DNA of 64,000 nt from Mayamaea pseudoterrestris (GCA_027923505.1 BROI01000002.1:1178001-1242000), one strand, 5' to 3'. Shown: positions 47,193-58,986, counted from the first letter of the stretch. Program-made: numbers and translations. The notes: a model not told the origin generated them from the sequence alone.

Positions 47193-47921
47193 GCTGCTCT
47201 ACTTATTGAAGTATTGATTGATTCGGAGATTAGAGAGTCTGGCTTGTTTAAATCAGTGTTCAACTAGTCACCTACATTATTTGATCTGGAGCAATTTCTA
47301 GTTTTTGATGGAACTGGTCAAGCGATTTTGTCACGCTGTTCGCGGCGATGCGAAGAATTCCGAGATGTTTCAAAACTAGTGCGACGATCGTTGCGACATG
47401 TTTCCTTCTTACTGTACAAGCTGGATTCGCGCGCGCGATACCTCACGTAGCCCTACCAGCGTCGGTCCGGCAATTGCTTTCCACCGCACGTTCTAGCGTG
47501 CCGTACCACGGCCAGACGGAGGAAAACGAACTCTCGCCACGACGAGCTGATCGTGATCCCGCCGGAATAAAGCTATAACTAGGTGAAGCAGCAATATAAA
47601 CTATACAGGCTTATACAATACAATTATCCAGTGTATACGGCGCAAAAATGAAGTCAATTGAAGGTATAATGACTATGTGGGACCGCTGCAAAGTCAACGA
47701 TTCGTTTGCGCTTTCCTTACCAGCGCCAAAAAGGGAATACGATGCGTCAGATAATGATCCAAATAAAAAATCCAGCTATCAACGCATTGCTCATCATATA
47801 ATTAACACGGTATTGACGCAACTTGCAGAAATTGTACCTTTTAGAGGTCGTAAATGGAGGCAGCAACCAGAGCGACATTTTCATGAGCTCTTCTGAGGCA
47901 AATAAACTCGCCATCCAACGC

Positions 47922-48000
47922 CGTTAAGGCCACTATTATTCATCAATTGCATCTATGGCATGTGTATGCTCGTTTTCATCCAATAATAGTGGCCTTAACG
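47922..48000. repeat. 79-bp element with perfect 19-bp terminal inverted repeats, copy 1
   Basis: CGTTAAGGCCACTATTATT (47922-47940) and AATAATAGTGGCCTTAACG (47982-48000) around a 41-nt core. Confidence 0.9.
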
Positions 48001-48254
48001 CCTCATACTTGTCTTCGTCTTTCCAGTTTTGTGGCGGCGGCATGGAACGAGCACTTGCCCAAAACGTTTATATAGACGCACTAGCCGATCCTTTGGTTGA
48101 CGAATCGCTAAATATGACATCTCCATGATCACGTTTGTGTAAGGACGACTTTGCGCCGGTGTCGAAAGAGCTCTTTGGTTTGATCGAACCAAATTCTGCC
48201 GAGCATGCTCGAGCAACATACCACTGCGAGGAGATTTACTCATGATCCCTATGT

Positions 48255-48333
48255 CGTTAAGGCAACTATTATTCATCAATCTCATCCGTGGCATATTAAC
48301 GCATGTTGCGGTCCAATAATAGTGGCCTTAACG
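48255..48333. repeat. 79-bp element with 19-bp terminal inverted repeats (one mismatch), copy 2
   Basis: CGTTAAGGCAACTATTATT (48255-48273) and AATAATAGTGGCCTTAACG (48315-48333) around a 41-nt core. Confidence 0.9.
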
Positions 48334-48614
48334 CGTCAAACTGGTCTGTAGTTGACTCAAGAGCAGCTCTCCGTCGAATTATCGTGTGAATTAACACGGA
48401 GTGCCGGTACGATGTTAAGCGAAGCCCATTCAACCGGTGCGACTTTGGTAAGCTCCACGTGAGGTATCACGCGCGCGAATCCAGCTTGTATGTAAAAACA
48501 TGCAGATACCTACTACCATACGTAGCGAAAAAACACCTGGAAGTACATAAGTCGTCAAATAATTCAGTCACTATACTATCATTAATAATATGTCCAACCA
48601 CTAGTATAATATAT

Positions 48615-49440
48615 TTAACGATTCGACTTGGAGACACGCTCAATCTCATCCTTCTTCTTGATGGCATACGAGTTGCTGGATCCACGCGCCGCATTGATCA
48701 GCTCCTCCGCGAGACACTCGGCCATGGTCTTGAGGTTGCGAAAGGACGCTTCCCGAGCTCCCATGGCCAGCAAGTACAAGGCGTAGTTGACTCGTCGAAA
48801 GGGACTCATGTCCACCGCCTGGCGGCGGACCACACCGGCACCTCCCACGCGCGTCGAGTCTTCGCGCGGCCCAGAGTTGATAATGGCGTCGACGACGACT
48901 TGAATGGGATTTTGGTCCGTCAGCAAGTGAATGATTTCGAGCGTGTGCTGAATGATGCGGACCGCCATGAGCTTTTTGCCCGAGTTGCGGCCCTTGCGCA
49001 TGAGGCAGCACGCCAAGCGCTCCACAATGGGACAGGAGGCCTTGCGGAAGCGCTTGGCTTGGTAGCGACCAGCTGTGTGTGGAAGGTATGTGGCGTGGTC
49101 GCCCTTGCAGGCAATGTAGTCCTGAATTTAATTTATAAAAGATGATTTGGGTGAGAAATGGGTGAATGATGTATTAACTGTAAAGCGAGAATGAAGAGAA
49201 GTGCAGCCGTCTCCTTTCCTTCATCTTCAATATTTCCTCTTCTGCTACATATATATGATATAATATAGTTTGACTTACAACGAGTGAAATATCCCGGACC
49301 TCAATGTCGTCGAAGGACCACTTGCCAAAGAGCTTGACCTCGGTGGCGCCTCCCACGGCGACAAAGTCATCCTCATCGTCGACGGCACCAACCATTGGAG
49401 TCTCCTCCTCTTCCGTGATAGCGACTTCTTCCTCGGACAT
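48615..49440 (-). CDS. RPS5: 40S ribosomal protein S5 (uS7); intron 49122-49278
   Basis: [23 protein letters not shown]...[19 protein letters not shown]...[19 protein letters not shown], with a GTAAGT...TTCAG intron. Confidence 0.98.
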
Positions 49441-49804
49441 GATTATTTAAAGCTTATGTTTGTATCGAAAGTCTACTTGCAGTAGCAGCAGCAGTAACTC
49501 ACTGTCGCGATGATCAGCAAGCGAGAAACGCGCCTTTGCGGTCGTCACGCGAGTTAGTAAGAGCGGTAAGATGCCAATAGCCTTAACTTGACTACTCAAA
49601 CCAGTTTTACTTAAGGTTCAATGCAAGACTCGATTCCTTGGATCGCGGAAACGTCAGCAGCAGCCAGCGAGCATCACAATGGGATTGCCTTCCAAAGTTG
49701 CAGCAAAACGATCCTTTCCTTATCTGTCTATTAACACACATTCACTACTCTTGCATCAATCGCATATACATTACAAACATTACAACTGGCTATAATTATT
49801 CATT

Positions 49805-52354
49805 ATGATGCATGAACAGCGAGGCGAGTTACGACGCCGACGACACGACGCTCCGGAGCCGCAGCGCATCCATCGCCTGGCGCAGCAGCAGCAAGACTAC
49901 ATGGAGCGCTTCCAGGCGGCGCAGCGGCTGCGCCATCAGGAGCAGCAGCAGCAGCAACAACAACGGAATAATGGAAGTGGAGAAAGTCCGCAACGGCGCA
50001 GTCACAGCCGCAATCTCTCACGCTCCACGTGGTACGGAATCATTTCTACTCTTGTCGCTATACTGGCAATCGTTTTGACTCCGATTCACCACCAGCCACT
50101 GACAGACTTTGCATCATCATCACTGCAAGATATGATTATGTTGCCAGAGACGCGGTGGTTTCAGAGCTTGGGACTATGGAAGAGTCATGCGGATGAAGCT
50201 ATTACGGCTCCCATGGCGACTCCATCGCCGAATCATAAGCAGCATCAATCGAGCAGCAGTAGCAGCAACAAGCTACCTCATTGGCTGCGCTGGATGAACA
50301 ACAACGATAGTGACGAACACGAGCAAGGCTTGCATGCGAGATACAAGACGCGATGGAAGTCACTGGATGCAATCTTGCACCATTTGATTTCGTGGATGGA
50401 TCCCATTTTGCTGCAGGAGCCGTGGTCGTCCACCACAGTCACGGACTTGCTCGACAAGATTTTGACCAGCACGTTCCGACTGATTGCCATTGCCAACTTT
50501 TTGTTGGCGTGTACCTTCTTCACGCATGCCACCGTTGCCGATTGGTTCCTTGGTAGTCGTGGCGGTGAAAGTACCAATCATCATTCACCAAATCCAGCTG
50601 CGGCTGCTGCAACAACAAACAATAATACATTAAACACAGACTCGAACATTAATTCCCGCGGCGGCGTCGCCGGCTACTTGCTGTTCAAAATGTTGCTCAT
50701 GAGCGCCATTGTGTCGCCCGACATTTTGGACTTGCTCATTCTGCTGGGCTGGTACACGCTATTGGCGTTTCTGCGCAGTTTGGCGCACCAGTGTCACTTG
50801 GCGACGGTGCAGTTGCAGCAGCAACAGACGACTGTGCAGCCAGCAGTAGGAGGAGTTAACGGCAATAGCAACAGCAGCACGACAATGCTTCGCATGGGCA
50901 TATTGCAGTTGCTATTGCTCATTTTGGTGAGCGACTTGCTCGCGGCGAGCACTTGCGTCGCCTTGTTTCACGGCGCCGGCTGGGGCATGGTGTTGCTTTT
51001 GACATGTGACAATGCCTTGCTGCTACTCGATGTGCTTGGTTATATGCTGCAGTTTGTGGCGCACATGTGGGAGCAGGCGCACTCTGTCAAGGTGCAGGAG
51101 TGTGAGCAAGCACTGAGTCAACGTCTTCGTCGGGAGCGACGGGAAAGTAACAATTTGCAAAATATGTCGGACAGTCAAGCTAGGCATGTTGGCGGCATGC
51201 GGAGAGTGGAAAGCATTCGCGAGAGTGTATTCGAAAATGACAGCGACGAAAATGACGATATCCAATATGAAGATTTGGTAGCGCCAATTTCGGGAGAAGC
51301 AGAAGCGGAGGTTCGTAATCTTGAGCGTCAACTTGAGGTCATGGAGCAAGTGCATGCCAAGCAGCTGTCTCGTTTGGACTCTGCTGTCTTTATTTTACAA
51401 ATAATCGCTCAGCTTCTGACAATTGGACATTTCGTTCACATTTGGATGCTTCACGGGGTCCAATTTACACCAATCAACGGAGTGATTGCCTTGCATTTAT
51501 ATGCAGCTGTGACACAAGCTTCGCGCAAGATTACTGATCGCCGCAAGTTGCATCGCATTGCTCGGGAGTTGAACTCTCGATTTGACGACGCGACGGACAT
51601 GGAGCTGCGAAAGGCTGCTGCTGCCGGCGACGTTTGTTGCATTTGCTTGACGAGTATGAATAGCACAACCCAAGTTAAAAGAGTTGGATGTGGACACTTG
51701 TATCATACGAGCTGTTTGCGCGAAGTGGTGGAGCGAGCGCGTTCGCTTGAATCGGCCAGGTGTCCATTGTGTCGCGCGAACGTCTTGGATGGCCAGCAAC
51801 CGCAACATGTAGCTGGCGTACTTAATCGAACTGGAACGCAGACCAGAGAGCAAGTTGAAGCTGGCGCAGCAGCAAGTTTAGTGCAAGCGACAGCGGCGGA
51901 AGAACTCCAAGCTATGAATGACGCACCAGCTGGGCGAGAGAATGAACGAGCTTTGCTTCGCTTTTCCACTGAAAACTTTATTCCTGCATGGCTCCCGCTG
52001 CCAGCCTTTTCTTTTGAGGTGGTGAGTCGCCAAGTGCCCGAACCTGCCGATGCTGCAAATTTTGGCGCGCAAGGACAACACCTTGATGCCGCCGCGCATG
52101 AGGATCCGCCCCGTTTGTCCTTTCTACGCCGACTACTCATTCTGGCAGGTGCAATACCCATGTCAGCCGAGGAAGAAGCAGCTGCACTTGAACAATTAGT
52201 TGACATGTTCCCACAGTATGATCGCGCCGAACTTGCACGCGAATTGCGCAGTCGACGATCAATCGAAGCAGTGGCAGAGCGCATTCTAGCTGGTACCTTT
52301 GGGGGTGAAGTGCGAGCGGGTGCAATTCCGGCAAACAATATCCAAGCGCGGTAG
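49805..52354 (+). CDS. Multi-pass membrane RING-H2 E3 ubiquitin ligase with CUE domain (AMFR/gp78/HRD1-like)
   Basis: Several TM helices, RING-H2 CCICL...CGHLYHTSCL...CPLCR, and CUE-like QLVDMFPQY...AVAERIL. Confidence 0.88.
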   Translation: MMHEQRGELRRRRHDAPEPQRIHRLAQQQQDYMERFQAAQRLRHQEQQQQQQQRNNGSGESPQRRSHSRNLSRSTWYGIISTLVAILAIVLTPIHHQPLTDFASSSLQDMIMLPETRWFQSLGLWKSHADEAITAPMATPSPNHKQHQSSSSSSNKLPHWLRWMNNNDSDEHEQGLHARYKTRWKSLDAILHHLISWMDPILLQEPWSSTTVTDLLDKILTSTFRLIAIANFLLACTFFTHATVADWFLGSRGGESTNHHSPNPAAAAATTNNNTLNTDSNINSRGGVAGYLLFKMLLMSAIVSPDILDLLILLGWYTLLAFLRSLAHQCHLATVQLQQQQTTVQPAVGGVNGNSNSSTTMLRMGILQLLLLILVSDLLAASTCVALFHGAGWGMVLLLTCDNALLLLDVLGYMLQFVAHMWEQAHSVKVQECEQALSQRLRRERRESNNLQNMSDSQARHVGGMRRVESIRESVFENDSDENDDIQYEDLVAPISGEAEAEVRNLERQLEVMEQVHAKQLSRLDSAVFILQIIAQLLTIGHFVHIWMLHGVQFTPINGVIALHLYAAVTQASRKITDRRKLHRIARELNSRFDDATDMELRKAAAAGDVCCICLTSMNSTTQVKRVGCGHLYHTSCLREVVERARSLESARCPLCRANVLDGQQPQHVAGVLNRTGTQTREQVEAGAAASLVQATAAEELQAMNDAPAGRENERALLRFSTENFIPAWLPLPAFSFEVVSRQVPEPADAANFGAQGQHLDAAAHEDPPRLSFLRRLLILAGAIPMSAEEEAAALEQLVDMFPQYDRAELARELRSRRSIEAVAERILAGTFGGEVRAGAIPANNIQAR

Positions 52355-52508
52355 TCATTGCTGGTGCCCATGACGATGATAGTACATAATGCTGCATCAT
52401 ACTTTGGTAAGATACATAATTGATACTAATGCACGTTTGACACTACTCTGATGCTAGAATCTCTAATTACGTTTACTTCATTATTTGTCCTACGTTCGCT
52501 CGATTATC

Positions 52509-53486
52509 TCATTTTCGCATGACGATAATTGCAGCGGCGAGCCAAAGATTTACCTGCCCCTTCGTTCCAACAACTTCAACCAGTCGCTTCTTGGCACGCT
52601 CAATGTCAGAGACCTCGTATTTCTTGTCACTATTATGGGAGCCAATGGAACACTTGATCATCTCCCAGAGTGCTTGGGCGTTTGGCCAAACGATGGTGTG
52701 AATTGAGTAAGATACGCACTTAGAGCGGAAGTCATCCACCTTACGCACCTCGCCTCCGTTAGTTAAGGAAGGCGAAGACGACGCTGCGTTGGACTCGTGG
52801 CCATTGTTTTGAGTTACTTCTTTCTCGGTGTGAGAGGAACCGTTACTATTGCCATGAGCGGCCACTGTACCATGAGAGTTATAAGAGCCATTTTCGCCAG
52901 AGGGAGAGGAGGCATGACTGTTAACCCCATTTAGTGCTTCTTTCGTGGCATAGTATGCACTTCGAAGTGATGGTCCAAACTGCATTGGCACCCATTGCGG
53001 ATCGGACCAACTAGTAAAACCAAAGCAGCCGCCTGGCACAAGCACCCGATGAACCACTCGAATGGCTTGCATACAGTGTTGCATTTGAAGGACCCCAAAG
53101 TTGCTGACGACAACGCATACGCTCTCGTCTTCAACGCCAGCCAACTTGGTGCTATCTTCGACTTGATACAGAATACGCGTTTTAAAGTTTGCAGGCAACT
53201 TGGCAGTCAAAACTTGCTTGGCCTTGTTCACCATGCCTTTCGAAATGTCCGAGCAAATGAGCGTTTGTCCTTCAATTCCTTCCGGAAAATGCTGCATATA
53301 CGCCAAGCAAAAGACTCCAGGTCCGCATCCAATATCCAAAATCGTCTTGGCAGAGGCAATGCTCGAGTACAAACTCCCGGCCACCAAGTCGCGGGCAAAG
53401 AGGCACGTGTCCCGCGCCGCGTTTGCGGCGTACAAGTCAACATAGTTGCGTTTGTCGTTAATACTGCCTTCGCTAGTCGTCGCCAT
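52509..53486 (-). CDS. Class I SAM-dependent methyltransferase
   Basis: ILDIGCGPG, SDISKGMV, VEDSTKL and RVLVPGG. Confidence 0.88.
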   Translation of the reverse strand: MATTSEGSINDKRNYVDLYAANAARDTCLFARDLVAGSLYSSIASAKTILDIGCGPGVFCLAYMQHFPEGIEGQTLICSDISKGMVNKAKQVLTAKLPANFKTRILYQVEDSTKLAGVEDESVCVVVSNFGVLQMQHCMQAIRVVHRVLVPGGCFGFTSWSDPQWVPMQFGPSLRSAYYATKEALNGVNSHASSPSGENGSYNSHGTVAAHGNSNGSSHTEKEVTQNNGHESNAASSSPSLTNGGEVRKVDDFRSKCVSYSIHTIVWPNAQALWEMIKCSIGSHNSDKKYEVSDIERAKKRLVEVVGTKGQVNLWLAAAIIVMRK

Positions 53487-54134
53487 ACTGAAATAGTCAC
53501 AGTTGCGTTAATTCAAAGTGTTTTAGATTTTGAAATGGTTCCGGCGATGCAATTGATGCTATGTGCAAGGGTGCAAGGCTGAAATTAAGGATGCGAAAAC
53601 GATTCGACCGGAGCTAGATAGTATCCCGTCAAGTAGGCTGTGTATCAATTGTTGAGACTATGATGATGGTAGGCAGGTAATCCTATCAGAAGGAGCGGAA
53701 AATGTGGATAAGCGGATGCTTTCTCCCCGTTTTGTGTTATGTTTCGTGCAAGCACCATAATGGGAAATGTCGCTGCGTTTATCATACTGGCTGCTATGCT
53801 TCCGCCAACAACTCATTAGCGTTTTGTAAACTGCTGCATCATCAAAATATTTTGTTCGACACGAACGCGAAGGAGTTGCAATGAATGGACGACCATGAGC
53901 GCTCGAGCCGCGCGGTCGCCACACCATCGCCACTGCTTGGAGCAGCGGTACCATACCGCACGTTTCGAATAATTGCGCAAAGAACAGCTTTTCATTCAAG
54001 CGAACAAAAGTCTTTGAACTCAATCTTGTTCACTGAAAGCGTCACAAGCGCCGAGCCGCGACCTCCTCCCATCAGCCACGCACAGCACAGTAACACAGCA
54101 GACACCTACACAAAGAATTAATTAACATAAGACC

Positions 54135-55586
54135 ATGTCATTCAACTACCGCGGCGGCAGCGGCAACTCGGGAGGCCGATCAAGCAGCAACTATCGCGGC
54201 GGCGGCGGTCGTAGTAGCGGCGGACGAGGCGGTCGGCATTCCGGCGGCCGTGGCGGTGCACCAGGTAGCAACAACAATGCCACCGTTTTGCCGTGCAAGT
54301 TTCGGCCCTGCAAGTCTTGGATTCAGTCGGGAGCTTGCTCCAACGCGCGATGCAGTTTCGCTCATGTGGTACAGCTGCATGCGAATATTGAAGCGAGTGC
54401 ACATGTCAATGCGGATGGAAGCGTTGCGAATGATGGCAAGCAGCAGCAGCATTCAAGCAGTTTTCAGCATACAAATGGCTCCACAAAACCAGCAGCCGTT
54501 ACTAGCATTGCCATTTGGGAAGCCAATGGCGCTTTGAAAATATTCACGGGCTCGCTCGACGGCTACTGGCGTCTTTGGAGTACGGGCGACTGGCGCAAAG
54601 AGTTTGAATCGTCGGCCGGAACCAAGGTGGAGAGGCTGCTCTGTAGCAACAATACGCATTTAATATGCGGCATGGAAGCAATCAGTCGAGCACTACCGGC
54701 ATGTCCAGTAGGAATGTGTCATGTTTGGAACCTTTCGCAGCCGGATCGGCCGCCCATGGAGCTGCACTTGGATGGGAATGCGGCTGCACCAAATGGCGCT
54801 CCAGCACCAAGCTTGCTACCCTACGCTCACAATCTTGCCGTCACGGCCATTTGCTTGCATGATACGACACTCATTACGGGCAGTCGCGATGGATGCATTC
54901 GCATATGGAAGTTTGTGAATAATGCAGCCTTCGTTTTAGACAAGACCTTGTTTGGACAGGCGCGCGAAGTGACGGGCCTCGTCGTGGTTGGCGGAGCCTC
55001 CGCTGCCGGTGCGGCAGCTCCAGCGGCACCAGCGCTACTATGGAGCTCGAGCTTGGACGGCTCCATTCGCATTTGGGACTTGCAGTCTGGCGACTGTCGG
55101 TACAGCATTACCAGTGCACCTCCGCTACAGCAACCCTCGCAACCGGTGGGCCAACCGGCGGCGGCAGGACCGGGTCATGCGGACGCTGTCACTTGCTTGG
55201 AACGTTTCGAAACTCCTTCCGGTGTTTTTATCCTATCCGCCAGCCTTGACGGAACCATCAAGGCGTGGAACGGCGCCACGGGCGAGTGCGTTGCCAGTGA
55301 GCAACATGGAGAAGGCGTTGTCACGATTGCCATTGCCAAGGACCAAACGAATACCGAAGTCTTGCTGGTCGGACTTTTATCAGGCAACATTGTTTGCCGC
55401 AACTTGGTACAGACTCCGAAAGCTGCAGCCTTTGAGGCTTTATTTTGCTTGACGACAAAGTTCAACGCGGGTCACTCGGAGGCAGTCCGATGCATCACGC
55501 CCGGACCGCAGGCAACCTTTTACTCGGGCGGAAACGACGGGCGATTGATGGTGTGGCAGATCAATGGTGACTTGCAGCTAAAGTGA
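54135..55586 (+). CDS. CCCH zinc finger plus WD40 repeat protein with RGG N-terminus
   Basis: CKSWIQSGACSNARCSFAH finger; WD40 ends TGSLDGYWRLW, TGSRDGCIRIW, SSLDGSIRIWD, SASLDGTIKAW and SGGNDGRLMVW. Confidence 0.9.
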   Translation: MSFNYRGGSGNSGGRSSSNYRGGGGRSSGGRGGRHSGGRGGAPGSNNNATVLPCKFRPCKSWIQSGACSNARCSFAHVVQLHANIEASAHVNADGSVANDGKQQQHSSSFQHTNGSTKPAAVTSIAIWEANGALKIFTGSLDGYWRLWSTGDWRKEFESSAGTKVERLLCSNNTHLICGMEAISRALPACPVGMCHVWNLSQPDRPPMELHLDGNAAAPNGAPAPSLLPYAHNLAVTAICLHDTTLITGSRDGCIRIWKFVNNAAFVLDKTLFGQAREVTGLVVVGGASAAGAAAPAAPALLWSSSLDGSIRIWDLQSGDCRYSITSAPPLQQPSQPVGQPAAAGPGHADAVTCLERFETPSGVFILSASLDGTIKAWNGATGECVASEQHGEGVVTIAIAKDQTNTEVLLVGLLSGNIVCRNLVQTPKAAAFEALFCLTTKFNAGHSEAVRCITPGPQATFYSGGNDGRLMVWQINGDLQLK

Positions 55587-55817
55587 AAAGTAGAATGCAG
55601 GAGTCGATGAAAGTAAATAAATGAAATAGTGAAGATTATTGCTACGCAACCATGTCGAATGTAGTAAAATATTTATTGAAAAAGCTACAGCTATTCCTCA
55701 TTTGCAAAGCGAAATGGGCACACCTGCTAGCAAAGCTGTTCTCGAATGTCGTACAATGTGAGACTTGATGTAGTTGCCGCATCTATAGCTCAAAAAGTGG
55801 TGCGGGAGTTATTTTCT

Positions 55818-56333
55818 CTAGTCATCAAAATCCACAGTGTGCTCGAACGACGGGGACGAGTCCATCAATGTTGCAGCGTTCGTCAAATCCTCATCAGTTT
55901 CTGCCATAGCTTCAACTTCCTCGGACGGTAGATGGAAACGGTACATTTGCTGCCGTCCTTCGTTGCCATCTTCGTCGTTGTTGACGACAACCTCCTGACC
56001 CAAGTAGGCGTCTTGGTTCTTGATCAGTTCTAAAAGCTGATTCATTGTAAAGTTGAAAACACGTCCATCAGACGTTTCATACAAAATGAGTTTATCGTCG
56101 TCATCTCTGCCATCACTAGCAGTCTCCTCTGGGGCGGTGTTGCTCGCTACGTGTGCGTTTCGCGGGACGTCAGCAAGATACTTTTGCTGCTCCTCCTGGC
56201 AGAGCATGTGAAGCCAGATTTGGAAGTTGAAGGGACTGATGATGGGCATGATATATTGAGTGCTTGGTGTTTTCCTTACACTGTTTCTTCTTCTTCGTGG
56301 CAACCGGAAATTGAGAATTCGCTTCTTCATCAT
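55818..56333 (-). CDS. Hypothetical acidic protein; 5' structure uncertain
   Basis: The C-terminal 120 codons look protein-like (ILYETSDGRVFNFTMNQLLELI). A possible GTAAGG donor near 56280 leaves the start unclear. Confidence 0.4.
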   Translation of the reverse strand: MMKKRILNFRLPRRRRNSVRKTPSTQYIMPIISPFNFQIWLHMLCQEEQQKYLADVPRNAHVASNTAPEETASDGRDDDDKLILYETSDGRVFNFTMNQLLELIKNQDAYLGQEVVVNNDEDGNEGRQQMYRFHLPSEEVEAMAETDEDLTNAATLMDSSPSFEHTVDFDD

Positions 56334-56553
56334 GGCCGCCTTTCAAGCAAACGAGGTGCGAAACGTCATGCTGTCTGTTCATTCACGCTTTTAGATAGGA
56401 TTAAAAACGTCGTACCGAAACTCGCAACCGCGCTGGCTCCATCCAATCGATCGTTCGAAACAAGCAGCAGCTGCTACTGCACCGTTGTTGATGGATCATG
56501 TCCGATGCTCTATAGATATCACATTCCACCTTCTCTCAATTTGCAAGATACAA

Positions 56554-58748
56554 ATGAGTATGAGGCTGTATAACAGAAATATACGATTACTACTAGCGCT
56601 AGTTGCATCTAGCAGTCTCAGATATGATCGCGACCGACCGAGCTATGCGTTTGCCTTTGCACCTCCATTGTCGACGCGAAAGGATTCCATCGGCACCAGG
56701 CGGAGTCACTTGAAACTGCACAGCGTTTCTCAGAGACGGGAACAATTGCTAGAGTCTATGACACTTGCATTACAGAATGCTACCTGCACTAACATACAGC
56801 AATCATCATCCACCGACGACTCTTGGATATCAAAATCCTTTGATGCCTTGTCAAACGTCGCGACGAATCGCCAAGGACGGCCTGCAACAGTCATTGGACC
56901 GGATCGCGTCTTGATCTATGACACGTCATTGAGAGGTATGTAAAATTATTCTCGCTTTATAGTTGCATGGTGCCTGCTTGAAGAATGGTTTCGCCGATTT
57001 ATTCAGCGTCTCATTCATGTGTCATGTCACACACTCACACACAACACGATATTCATTCAGACGGCACGCAGGGCGAGTCTGTTTCGGCATCGGTTGACGA
57101 CAAGTTGAAAATAGCAAAGCGCTTGGTTGCTTTTGGCGTCGACTACGTGGAGGCGGGCTGGCCGGGATCCAACCCAAAGGATGCCTCCTTCTTCGCGCGG
57201 TCGCGCCACGAACTCTCCGCAGCGGAGCATGCCAAGCTCGTGGCCTTTGGAAGTACGAGACGCAAGAACATTCGTGCATCCGATGACTTGCAGGTGCAGG
57301 CGCTGCTGGAGAGCAATGCGCCCACCATTTGCATCGTGGCCAAGTCGCACGCCTGGCAAGTGACGGACATTTTGCGGGCGTCGCTGGAGGAAAACGTGGC
57401 CATGATTTCCGACACGATCAAATGCTTGCACCGAGACAATCATCGCAACGTCATGATTGACTTGGAGCACTTTTTTGATGGCTACGCGCATGATCAAGTG
57501 TATGCGCTGCAATGTTGTCAAGCAGCCGTGGATGCGGGTGCTTCGTGCTTGGTCTTGTGCGATACCAATGGTGGAAGCATGCCGTGGCAAGTGGCGGAGG
57601 TTTGTAAATCTGTGGTTGACCAATTCGCGTCGCAGGGTGTCACCATTGGCATTCACTGCCACAATGATTGTGGCATGGCCGTGGCAAACAGTATTGTGGC
57701 GGCCAAGAATGGCGTCGGCCTCATTCAAGGCACCATCAACGGCATTGGTGAGCGCACGGGCAATGCCGACTTGTGCAGCATTGTTCCGGCGCTGGCGCTG
57801 CATGTGAACAGTAGCATGACATGTAAGGAGCAGTTAAAGGGACTGACGAGTTTGAGTCGATTCGTTGACGAAATTTTGAATCGAACGCCGCAGCATTCCG
57901 CGCCGTTTGTTGGCGCCTCGGCCTTTGCGCACAAGGGAGGCTTGCATGTTGCTGCCATGGAGCGAAGTCCATTGTCATATCAACATATAGAACCCGACTT
58001 GGTTGGGAACGAGAAGCGCATTCTCATTTCAGAGTTGGCCGGTCGGCAAAATATAATGGGCAAGATTGAGCAAGCGGGTGTTCACTTGGGCGAAGGAGCT
58101 GTGAATGAACGAGCGACTGCCATTTTGAATCGCGTCAAGAGTTTAGAAGCCAAGGGATACACCTTTGAAGGTGCCGACGCTAGCGTTCATCTCATGATAC
58201 TTCACTCGACGGGAGGATATTGCTCACCGTTTCGGGTTCTCGACTACTCGGCAAATGTTTACGACAATAATATGGATAGTGCGACGCGGGTGCTCATGTC
58301 GGACGATACTGAAGGTACATTTGCTAACACTGGATCGACTGCGAGAGCTACGGTAAAGGTTCGAACAATGCTGCCGCCTGCCGATGGGTTGGAGGCAAAC
58401 AGCATGAATCAATTGCCCTACGAGGACCACTTGGAAGTAAGCGATGGTAATGGTCCAGTCGACGCATTGGCCAAGGCGCTTGTGCGAGCATTGCTACCAT
58501 CCCATCCGTCGCTACAGTCGATTGAACTCATTGACTACAAGGTCCGCATACTGGATCCCGAGTCGGCTACACAAGCGTCCACTCGCGTCATGATTGAGTT
58601 CAAGGATTCAGTGACGGATAACACGTGGACTACCGTCTCGGTAGACACCAACGTTATATCAGCGTCAGTGAATGCTTTGATTGATGGTTTCGAATTTGCG
58701 CTCATTGAACATGCCGAAAGCTGCATGCTTTGCGACGATGCCTTTTAA
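56554..58748 (+). CDS. cimA: Citramalate synthase-like DRE-TIM metallolyase (LeuA/CimA family), plastid-targeted; intron 56936-57060
   Basis: Splicing gives YDTSLR-DGTQGE. Also EAGWPGSNPKD, AFGSTRR, EHFFDG, CDTNGG, HCHND, GERTGNADL, FAHKGGLH and regulatory-domain GNGPVDAL. Presequence has AFA-FAP. Confidence 0.8.
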
Positions 58749-58986
58749 AACTAAATTGATTTATTCTTTATGTGAGCGCGATGTCGTAAACGCATATTAA
58801 GCCAACACAATGCTAAACTGTAATTCAGTCGCCGGAGCGTCGGGCGTTCACTTGATTCAAGCTTGGCAACGTGTTCACACCTCACCATTGAGGCATTTAT
58901 GAATCATGCCGTCTTTGGTGCTCATTTATACAACCTGGGCTGCCTTGTTGTATAATTGCTTGGGAATTTAATTAGCATCGGCCCTT

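Noticed and set aside
47922..48333. Hairpins as integron attC sites or a CRISPR-like array
   Set aside because: Only two units, cores do not fit the RYYYAAC...GTTRRRY order, no integrase or cas genes nearby, and the context is a eukaryotic nuclear genome.
21567..52354. Ubiquitin-proteasome gene cluster (ECM29, arrestin, RING-CUE ligase)
   Set aside because: The genes are far apart, interleaved with unrelated ones, and belong to common functional classes.
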